Source: Octopus sinensis (Eukaryota). From it: a DNA stretch of 8,937 bases. Position 1 is the stretch's first letter; every line of letters begins with the position of its first letter. Below, piece after piece: positions 1 to 7,103 of this stretch. Both the position numbers and the translations under genes were made by a program. The stretch is taken from NCBI RefSeq assembly GCF_006345805.1, contig NW_021828275.1, forward strand, positions 1-8,937, read 5' to 3'. The notes below the pieces were generated by a model that was not told where the DNA came from, did not search any database, and saw only the letters and a list, made by a program, of their open reading frames with translations.

Positions 1-172
1 ATAATTCTGCCGGCTATCACCTCATTATCACATCATGCCGGATCTTAGCTAGCGTAGAATTGTAAAATTAAACGGAGATCCGTAAGACTTGGATTCATCT
101 AAATAGGATGTCTACACAACTCTCAGGTATGGATTCCATAATATTATTGGAGAAATGGTACAAAAATAGCGT

Positions 173-332
173 TCGTCTGCGGAAACAATTCTATGTGAAT
201 TTGACATCTCCTATACTCATTTAAATGCATGTGCGTGCGCGCGTATGTGTGTGTGCGTGTATGTATACACACACATACATTTAAATGAGTATAGGAGATG
301 TCCAATTTACATAGAATTGTTTCCGTAGACGA
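173..332. repeat. Fold-back inverted repeat (~60-bp arms around a GT/CA microsatellite spacer), MITE-like
   Basis: Left arm cgtctgcggaaacaattctatgtgaatttgacatctcctatactcatttaaatgcatg (174-231) matches the reverse complement of 274-331 with 4 mismatches in 58 bp; t173/a332 also pair. No diagnostic TSD. Confidence 0.85.
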
Positions 333-395
333 GTAGATTTCTTAGACGGAAACTGAAGGAAGCATGTCGTGTGTGCGTATATATATATATATATA
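331..395 (+). mobile_element. 5'-truncated older copy of SINE family A (end of first module plus internal microsatellite)
   Basis: gagtagatttcttagacggaaactgaaggaagcatgtcgt aligns with gagtggatttggtagacggaaactgaatgaatcctgtcgt (~521-559) in the adjacent intact copy, and is followed by (TA)n as in that copy. Confidence 0.7.
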
Positions 396-587
396 GGCGC
401 AGGAGTGGCTGTGTGGTAAGTAGCTTGCTTATCAACCACATGGTTCCGGGTTCAGTCCCACTGCGTGGCATCTTGGGCAAGTGTCTTCTGCTATAGCCTC
501 GGGCCGACCAATGCCTTGTGAGTGGATTTGGTAGACGGAAACTGAATGAATCCTGTCGTACTATATATATAATATAATATATATATA

Positions 588-643
<56 letters not shown>

Positions 644-866
644 TATGTCTGTGTATGTTTGTGTGTGTGTTTGTCCCCCTAGCATTGCTTGACAACCGAT
701 GATGGTTGTGTTTTATGTCCCCGTCACTTAGCGGTTCGGAAAGAGACCGGCTACAATAAGTACTGGGCATACAAGAATAAGTCCCGGGGTCGAGTTGCTC
801 GACTAAAGGCGGTGCTCCAGCATGGCCGAAATCAAATGACTGAAACAAGTAAAAGAGTAAAAGAGT
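396..866 (+). mobile_element. tRNA-derived SINE family A, full length and bipartite with an internal (TA)n tract
   Basis: Pol III A-box tggctgtgtgg (406-416) and B-box ggttcagtccc (449-459); internal (TA)n at 562-639; second module with hairpin gtcgag-ttg-ctcgac (789-803); 3' tail taaaagagtaaaagag. Resembles octopus tRNA-derived SINEs as recalled; exact family name not assigned. Confidence 0.85.
562..639. repeat. (TA)n microsatellite inside SINE A
   Basis: Direct inspection; a few interruptions in the 5' part. Confidence 0.97.
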
Positions 867-892
867 ATATATATATATATATATATATATAT
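866..892. repeat. (TA)n microsatellite
   Basis: Direct inspection. Confidence 0.95.
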
Positions 893-914
893 TAATATAT
901 GTATAATTTATATG

Positions 915-988
915 CGAGTCTTTGTGTCTGTATTTGTCCCCAGCACCACCACCACCACCATCGCTTCACAACCAATGCTGGTGTGTCG
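915..988 (+). mobile_element. Diverged fragment of the second module of SINE family A
   Basis: tttgtgtctgtatttgtcccc...catcgcttcacaaccaatgctggtgtgt aligns with gtgtgtttgtccccctagcattgcttgacaaccgatgatggttgtgt (~665-711); contains a short (CAC)n expansion. Confidence 0.65.
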
Positions 989-1151
989 TTTACATCGACC
1001 CTCGTGCTCAACGGACACTTATTTTATAAAGCCCCTAAATGATGAAAGGCAATGTCGACCACAAGAGGAATTAGGACTCACAACGTAATGACGAATGAAA
1101 TGCCGTTAAACATTTTGTCCGGCGTCCTAAAGATTCCGTCAGCTCACCGCC
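989..1151 (-). mobile_element. Diverged, 3'-truncated SINE family B copy on the minus strand
   Basis: The reverse complement (ggcggtgagctgacggaatctttaggacgccggacaaaatg...gtcgacattgcctttcatc...ggtcgatgtaa) is colinear with the B copy starting at 1203. Confidence 0.85.
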
Positions 1152-1201
1152 TTCGTACTCCATCCTGTTATATTTGATGTAGCAGTTATAAATATGCCAC
1201 A

Positions 1202-1787
1202 GGGCGGCGAGCTGGCAGAAACGTTAGCACGCCGGGCGAAATGCGTAGCCGTATTTCGTCTGCCGTTACATTCTGAGTGTAAATTCCGCCGAGGTCGACT
1301 TTGCCTTTCATCCTTTCGGAGTCGATAAATTAAGTAGCAGTTACGCACTGGGGTCGACGTAATCGACTTAATCCATTTGTCTGTCCTTGTTTGTCCCCTC
1401 TGCGTTTAGCCCCTTGTGCGTAGTAAAGAAATAAGTATTTCGGCTGCCATTACGTTCTGAGTTCAAATTCCGCCGTGGTCGACTTTGCCTTTCATCTTTT
1501 CGGGGTCGATAAATTAAGTACTAGTTACGCACTGGGGTCGATGTAATCGATTTAATCCGTTTGTCTGTCTTTTTTTGTCCTCTCTGTGTTTAGCCCCTTG
1601 TGGGTAGTAAAGAAATAGAAATAGGTATTTCGTTTGTCTTTATGTTCTGAGTTCAAATTCCGCCGAGGTCGACTTTGCCCTTCATCCTTTTGGGCTCGAT
1701 AAATTAAGTACCAGTTGCGTACTGGTATCGATCTAATCGACTGCACCCCCTCCCCAAAACTTTCGGACCTTGTGCCTAGAATAGAAA
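1202..1787 (+). mobile_element. SINE family B trimer (B1): 48-bp tRNA-like head, two ~184-190-bp internal units and one terminal unit
   Basis: Head 1203-1250 with A-box-like tggcagaaacg. Units start at gtattt 1251, 1435 and 1625, each with a B-box (gagttcaaattcc, mutated in unit 1) and a gtcgactttgcctttcatcctttcggggtcgataaattaagtaccag core that resembles the Meta/MESC SINE domain as recalled. Flanked by an 18-bp TSD-like pair (1184-1201 and 1788-1805, 15/18 identical). Confidence 0.88.
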
Positions 1788-1825
1788 AGTTATGGAAATG
1801 CCACATTTAAAAATCCTATTTTCGA

Positions 1826-1945
1826 AAGGTTATCTCACGATTTTAAATACCAAGAAAAACAGAAAATAATTCATTACTTCATTATTTCACATTTAAAAGT
1901 ATTTATTTTTCTAAAATATCGAGGATTAATTGCTACAGAAATTGG
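1826..1945 (+). repeat. Dispersed direct repeat of 2260-2348; probable decayed PLE RT fragment
   Basis: Exact 16-mer gattttaaataccaag at 1839-1854 and 2265-2280; 1902-1945 aligns with 2306-2348. Translation gives GYLTILNTKKN and SRIN/TEIG, resembling PLE xYITLKDHKEN and RLINPAKSEIG. Confidence 0.5.
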
Positions 1946-1999
1946 GTTATTAATTTTTGTAATATTTGAAATATTTTCGACCTATAAACAAATTTAAAT

Positions 2000-2674
2000 G
2001 TGAAACGAAGGATAAATTATTTTCTATCTTTCATGGTATTCAAAACCATTTAAATAAGATATTTTATTTATGTTTGTACGAAATATAATTATCTCCAGGT
2101 GTGGTTACAAATACCAGAGTTACACTAATAAGAAAGCATGGTTTGGTATTGATAAATACAAATTGTACTTTAAGTAAATATGATTTTTTACACGTCATTC
2201 TCGTATATGGCATGCAAGATTCTTTATGAGAATTCGTGCGTTGAGGCAGATTTTGATATAAGGTGATTTTAAATACCAAGGAAGACAGAATATAACATTT
2301 ACGTGTTTATGTTTCTAAAACATCCAGGATTAATGCTATAGAAATCGGTCGCAAATAGCAACGAAAGAGCTTTGACAAACATCAACAAAACAAGCGACTT
2401 ACTGTTTAAACCAAGTTAAACAAACAATCGATGAGTTAGTTGGATATTTAACCGGTTGACTAATAATAAAGGAATGGGATTGAATCAGAGCATATGATTA
2501 TAGCACTGGCGTAATATGTGTCCCTAAACACGACAAAACATTTTATACGATTTTGCCCCAAACGAAGCTTAAGGCCTTTGTAAGGTAAATGAATAAATAC
2601 CAAGAAGTCAAAAAATGAAACCGATATATTTAAGGAATGTTAATAGGCAGAAAGTTTAAAGGACTTAATATCAT
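2000..2674 (+). pseudogene. Probable second, highly decayed PLE reverse-transcriptase fragment (continues at 3061-3155)
   Basis: Colinear degenerate motifs across frameshifts: SRINAIEIGR (2323-2352), then LTNINKT, LNQVKQT, VSWIFN, DKTFY and LKAF. After the SINE C insertion come PEKKK and DITME (cf. PWxKK and FDVTMG). By-eye comparison only. Confidence 0.4.
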
Positions 2675-3060
2675 CGTGGTTCTCCGTCGGTTACGAAGAC
2701 GAGGGTTCCAGTTGATCCGATCAACAGAAGAGCCTGCTTGTGAAATTAACGTGCAAGTGGCTGAGCACTCCACAGACTCGTGTACCCTTAACGTAGCTCT
2801 CAAGGCAGAACCAGCATGACACAGATTGTGACAAGGCTGGCCCCTTTGAAATACAGGTACAACAGAAACAGGAAGAAAGAGTGAGAGAAAGCTGTGGCGA
2901 AAGAGTACATCAGGATTCGCCATCACCCACTGTCGGAGCCTCGTGGAGCTTTTAGGTGTTTTCGCTCAATAATCACTCACAAGTCTCGGTCTGGGAACCA
3001 AAACCGCGATCTTATGACCACGAGTCCGCTGCCCTAACCACTGGGTCATTGCGCCTCCAC
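2675..3060 (-). mobile_element. tRNA-derived SINE family C, full length, minus strand
   Basis: Reverse complement begins gtggaggcgcaatgacccagtggttagggcagcggactcg and is colinear with the + copy at 5589-5973. 12-bp TSD-like pair acttaatatcat (2663-2674) and actaaatattat (3061-3072). Confidence 0.9.
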
Positions 3061-3167
3061 ACTAAATATTATACACCAGAGAAAAAGAAGACAGTTCCAG
3101 AGACTATTAGTAAAAAGATATTACAATGGAACGACTTAAGGACTTATATTCACAAATAAAAAATTAG

Positions 3168-3350
3168 TGAAGGGTTGTGGATTAGTGGTTTGGGGTACTG
3201 GACACATGATCGTAAAAGTGTGGGTTCGATTTCTGACCAGTCAGCGCATTGTGTATTTTAGCAAACCACGTCACCTTACGTAGCTTCAGATCACCCAGCT
3301 GGCAGAAATGAGTTATCCAACAATGGACGAGCATCCCGTCCAGGCAAAGT
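3168..3350 (+). mobile_element. Diverged, 3'-truncated tRNA-derived SINE family D
   Basis: A-box tggattagtgg (3178-3188) and B-box ggttcgatttc (3223-3233), followed by ttgtgtattttagcaaaccac and atggacgagcatcccgtccagg, which resemble CORE-like and V-like SINE central domains as recalled. Confidence 0.7.
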
Positions 3351-3357
3351 ATATACC

Positions 3358-3610
3358 TCAGCGTGACACAGATTGTGACAAGGCAGGCCCCTTTGAAATT
3401 CAGGTACAACAGAAACAGGAAGAAAGAGTGAGAGAAAGTTGTGGTGAAAGAGTACAGCAGGGTTCGCTACCACCCTCTGCCGGAACCCCGTGGAACTTTA
3501 GGTGTTTTCTGTTTTCGCTCAATAAACACTCACAACGCCCGGTCTGGGAATCGAAACCGCGATCCTACGTCCGCGAGTAGGCTATCCTAACCACTGGGCC
3601 ATTGTGTCTC
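3358..3610 (-). mobile_element. SINE family C copy lacking its 3' ~125 bp, minus strand
   Basis: Colinear with ~2812-3057 and, reversed, with ~5594-5838; head reads gagacacaatggcccagtggttagg on the minus strand. Confidence 0.9.
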
Positions 3611-3612
3611 GA

Positions 3613-3688
<76 letters not shown>

Positions 3689-3694
3689 ATATAT

Positions 3695-3725
<31 letters not shown>

Positions 3726-3862
3726 GCATACATATATATATACATATATATATACATACATATATATACACATATGCACACATATATTCACAATATATAT
3801 ACATGTGTGTGTGTACATAGACACACACACACACACACATACATAAACGCACATACATATAC
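3613..3862. repeat. Compound microsatellite: (CTAT)19, then (TA)n, (CATATA)-like and (CA)n
   Basis: (CTAT) repeats at 3613-3688 (76 bp); direct inspection. Confidence 0.97.
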
Positions 3863-3863
3863 A

Positions 3864-4460
3864 TATCGGAATACATCTCCACTCTATGACAATGAAAGAC
3901 TTCTGGAAACAGTGGATGATACACTAAGGCGCATGCGCTGCAAGGCATCTTTTTACGGATCTGAGAGTACGGAAATAGCCACGGAACATTACGAATATGA
4001 AGCTATGAAAAGGACCCCCACTCAACAGTAAAGTACTTGTGCCATTCGAAACCGACCTGTTATAGCTCACGTACAGTTTCCTAAGTATGCAAACACATTC
4101 CATTACAGACTTAGCTCTGACATTTATACTGTCAAGAAACCTAAAACTATTTACATTTCCTCCGATAGAAACAATAACCTATTATCAAGTAGAATCTGGA
4201 ACAAATACAAAACTACTTCATAAGGAGAATTATAGAGACGCTTGTGAGAATACTTGAAGCAATATTGATGCAAAAACTGTAGCTCAGAAATTGAAATTTA
4301 GCTATAAGTTATAGGTTAGTATAATGTACTTCACACTTAAAGACCATAAAGAGAATTTTTCCTTTTTTCTCGCTTTTCGAAATGTTGTCTAAAAATTGCA
4401 GCTAAATAAAAATAGGAGTAATAAGGTAGAAAATCGTTAAGTAGTATCATATTGTAATTT
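3864..4460 (+). pseudogene. Penelope-like element ORF fossil, segment 1 (N-terminal region upstream of the RT core)
   Basis: Motifs with stops and frameshifts: RRMRCKASFY (3927-3956; cf. RMRWKAFFF), PFETDLL (4042-4062), IAHVQFPKYANTFHYRLSSDIYTVKKPKTIYISSDRNNNL (4062-4181; cf. ...ADKTxNLY), KLLH (4210-4221), AKTVAQKLK (4270-4296), YFTLKDHKENF (4327-4359) and IGVI (4412-4423). All are in the order expected for invertebrate GIY-YIG PLEs. Confidence 0.85.
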
Positions 4461-4468
4461 TCCTTCTA

Positions 4469-5045
4469 GGCGGCGAGCTGGCAGAAATGTTAGCACGTCG
4501 GGTGAAATGCTTAGCGGTATTTCGTCTGCCGTTACGTTCTGAGTTCAAATTCCGCCGAGGTCGACTTTGCCTTTCATCCTTTCGGAGTCGATAAATTAAG
4601 TACCAGTTATGCACTGGGGTCGATGTAATCGACTTAATCCGTTTGTCTGTCCTTGTTTGTCCCCTCTGTGTTTAGCCCCTTGTGGGTAGTAAAAAGAAAT
4701 AGGTATTTGGTCTGTCTACGTTCTGAGTTCAAATTCCGCCGAGGTCGAATTTGCCTTTCATCCTTTCGGGGTCGATTAAATAAGTACCAGTTATGCACTG
4801 GGGTCGATGTAATCTACTTAATACCTATGTCTGTCCTTGTTTGTCCCCTCTGTGTTTTAGCCCCTAGTGGGTAGTAAAGAAATAGGTATTTGGTCTGTCT
4901 TTACGTTCTTAGTCGAGGTCGACTGTGCCTTTCATCCTTTTGGGGTCGATAAATTAAGTACCAGTTGCGTACTGGGGTCGATTTAATCGACTGGCACCCT
5001 CTCCCAAAATTTCGGGCCTTGTGCCTAGAGTAGAAAATAATATTG
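4469..5045 (+). mobile_element. SINE family B trimer (B2)
   Basis: 48-bp head (4469-4516); units start at 4517, 4703 and 4886. The terminal unit has an internal deletion removing the B-box and the same terminal tail (gggccttgtgcctagagtagaaaa) as B1. Confidence 0.9.
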
Positions 5046-5057
5046 TTGTGTTTGTAG

Positions 5058-5454
5058 GGCGGCGATCTGGCAGAAACGTTAGCACGCCGGGCGAAATGCG
5101 TAGCCGTAATTCGTCTGTCGTTACGTTCTGAGTTCAAATTCTGCTGAGGTCGACTTTGCCTTTCATTCTTTCGGGGTCGATTAAATAAGTACCAGTTATG
5201 CACTGGGGTCGATGTAATCGACTTAATACCTATGTCTGTCCTTGTTTGTCCCCTCTATGTTTAGCCCCTTGTGGGTAATAAAGAAATAGGTATTTCCTTC
5301 AGGTATATATTCTGAGTTCAAATTTCACCGAGATCGACTTTGCCTTTTCGCCTTTCGAGGTCGATTAAATGAGTACCATTTGATCTCTGGAATCGACATT
5401 ATCGGGTACCTCTTTCCCACAAAATGTAAGGCTTTGTGCCTATAGTAAAAAAGG
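5058..5454 (+). mobile_element. SINE family B dimer (B3) with an (ATT)n tail
   Basis: Head 5058-5105 differs from the B1 head at 1 position; unit 1 at 5106-5289; strongly diverged terminal unit from 5290. Confidence 0.88.
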
Positions 5455-5485
<31 letters not shown>

Positions 5486-5524
5486 TATTATTATTATTAT
5501 ATTATTATTATCATTATTATTATT
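5455..5524. repeat. (ATT)n microsatellite, the expanded SINE B tail
   Basis: Direct inspection; abuts the B3 3' end. Confidence 0.95.
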
Positions 5525-5588
5525 ACACGGACAAATACGGCTCCCCGGGCGTTTTTCTGCTCCTTCATATTAACGTTACAGATCCCAA

Positions 5589-5973
5589 GGTGGAGGCGCA
5601 ATGGCCCAGTGGTTAGGGCAGCGGACTCGTGGTCATAGTTTCGCGGTTTCGATTCCCAGACCGGGCGTTGTGAGTGTTTATTGAGCGAAATCACCTAAAG
5701 CTCCACGAGGCTCCGGCAGGGGATGGTGGTGATCCCTGCTGTACTCTTTCACCACAACTTTCTGTCACTCTTACTTCCTGTTTATGTTGTACCTGTATTT
5801 CAAAGGGCCGGCCTTGTCACTCTCTGTGTCACGCTGAATATCCCTGAGAACTACGTTAAGGGTACACGTATCTGTGGAGTGCTCAGCAACTTACACGTTA
5901 ATTTCACAAGCAGGCTGTTCCGTTGATTCGGATCAACCGGAAGCCTCGTCGTCGTAACCGACGGAGTGCTTCC
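5589..5973 (+). mobile_element. tRNA-derived SINE family C, full length, with a perfect 11-bp TSD
   Basis: A-box tggcccagtgg (5602-5612) and B-box-like ggtttcgattccc (5645-5657); TSD acagatcccaa at 5578-5588 and 5974-5984; 3' hairpin gttgat-tcgg-atcaac (5922-5937). Confidence 0.93.
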
Positions 5974-5984
5974 ACAGATCCCAA

Positions 5985-6091
5985 AAATCAAAAACAACAA
6001 AAGGACTGCTATTAGTAAGTCTAAAGATAGTAATAAAATTAACACGGATTTAGGGTCACTTAGTTTCGCATTCTTACCTTTTATTTTCCTA
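5985..6091 (+). pseudogene. PLE ORF fossil, segment 2 (up to RT motif A, cut by the Helitron)
   Basis: 6064-6091 reads FRILTFYFP. Joined to 6478 it gives FRILTFYFPISQSIFINALNFAREW, colinear with the PLE motif FDIxxFYPSISxxLLxKALxFA. Confidence 0.65.
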
Positions 6092-6477
6092 CTAGCAGTA
6101 TCGCCCGGCGTTGCTCGGGTTTGTAAGGGAAATAACTATAAAGCATTTTTAGAGAGTTATAGCCAATAAATAGCAAAAAAATGGAAAAAAAAAACGATGG
6201 TAAATTTTTTTTGAGAGTTAAAAAGGTGGAGTTGCGTCCCCAAGACAGTCTGTGGTTTGTGTTTCTGATTCTCGACCCCATGTCGAATTTATCGATTTCT
6301 TTCAGAACTGGGGGAGCTTTTCAAAATTTTCGCTGCGTTAGTTTTGAATTATGACATTGGGCTACGTGTGTGTCAAGTTTCATCAGAATCGGTTGAAAGC
6401 CGTGGTCAGGGTGAGGGTACAACCTAACAGACACACAGAAACACACACAGACAAACTGCCGTTTATATAGAGAGAGA
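6092..6477 (-). mobile_element. Complete non-autonomous Helitron (386 bp)
   Basis: On the minus strand: 5' TC start (a|tctctctctatataaa); subterminal hairpin cccgagcaacgccggg (6104-6119) 8 nt before the terminal CTAG (6092-6095); inserted between A and T with no TSD. No Rep/Hel coding sequence. Confidence 0.9.
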
Positions 6478-6670
6478 TTTCTCAATCAATATTCATTAAT
6501 GCCCTAAATTTTGCCAGAGAATGGGTTTTAACAACATAGAAAACAAACAGAAATCACGATTCACGCAAAAAAAAGAAAGCCTGCTGTTCTTCGATAAAGA
6601 TTCCCTTTGGCTCGGTCGACGTCGGTATCTTTATTGTATAGTTGCATGCGAGCTTTCTGTTATATATATA
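6478..6670 (+). pseudogene. PLE ORF fossil, segment 3 (RT motif A to motif B region)
   Basis: INALNFAREW (6495-6524), HAKK..SLLFFDKDSLW (6562-6610; cf. HARKSLLFxxxxxW), VDV (cf. FDVTMG) and ACELSVIYI (6644-6670; cf. VCELVGLYI). Confidence 0.8.
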
Positions 6671-6708
6671 TACACATACATACATACATACATACATACA
6701 TACATACA

Positions 6709-6744
<36 letters not shown>

Positions 6745-6746
6745 TA
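6660..6746. repeat. (TA)n-(TACA)n-(TA)n microsatellite
   Basis: Direct inspection. Confidence 0.95.
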
Positions 6747-7035
6747 ATTTTGATAGTTATATATATTTAAATTTAAAAAAAAGTTAAAAAATATAAAAAT
6801 TTAAAAATTTATTAATTTAAATTTTTAAAAATATTTAAAAAATATAAAAGTTTATAAATATAAATTAATAATTCTAAATTTAAATAATTTAAATTTTAGA
6901 TTTTAGATTTTTTATATATTTTGTATATTATATTAATTATTTTTATTTTTGTTTTGGTTTATGTTTTTCACTCTTTGATTTGCCTAATAGTGGTTTTATC
7001 TTTAATTTAATTATATATATATATATATATATATA
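6747..7035. repeat. Extremely AT-rich low-complexity tract ending in (TA)n
   Basis: Nearly pure A/T at ~6760-6950; (TA)n at ~7011-7035. Confidence 0.85.
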
Positions 7036-7045
7036 GATAGATAGA

Positions 7046-7103
7046 AGGAGCTTCTACAGGACTAGAACTGTTTCATTCAAATGAAATCTTCAGGAAGCTT
7101 CCT
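7046..7103 (-). ncRNA. Type I hammerhead ribozyme motif (- strand), predicted cleavage between 7055 and 7054
   Basis: Mirror copy: core CUGAAGA is the complement of 7087-7093 and GAAA the complement of 7071-7074; stem III acag/ctgt with an 8-nt loop; GUA is the complement of 7055-7057; stem I 3' strand is the complement of 7049-7054. Confidence 0.75.

Noticed and set aside
107-132. Donor-like cag|gtatgg at 126/127
   Set aside because: No credible acceptor or coding frame upstream within the window.
396-470. tRNA genes at SINE heads (396, 1203, 3168, 5589 and others)
   Set aside because: A and B boxes are present, but I could not fold complete cloverleafs and each head continues into a SINE body.
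491-895. ORFs 491-685, 561-848 and 689-895
   Set aside because: They lie in SINE A and (TA)n; the YI repeats are microsatellite translations.
1251-1787. Regularly spaced repeats read as a CRISPR array or satellite
   Set aside because: The units are contiguous 184-190-bp SINE bodies with no unique spacers, in a eukaryotic context.
3604-3948. ORFs 3604-3846 and 3685-3948, and a possible minus-strand exon after ttttcatag
   Set aside because: Mostly microsatellite; the unique part is explained by the + strand PLE ORF.
1139-5926. ORFs over SINE B and C copies (1139-1348, 1552-1806, 2630-2926, 2637-2819, 3291-3473, 3308-3580, 4653-4874, 4901-5203, 5497-5694, 5723-5926)
   Set aside because: The recurring peptides simply reflect repeated SINE sequence; frames are not conserved between copies.
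6380-6386. CUGAUGA on the minus strand inside the Helitron
   Set aside because: No compatible stems, GAAA spacing or NUH site.
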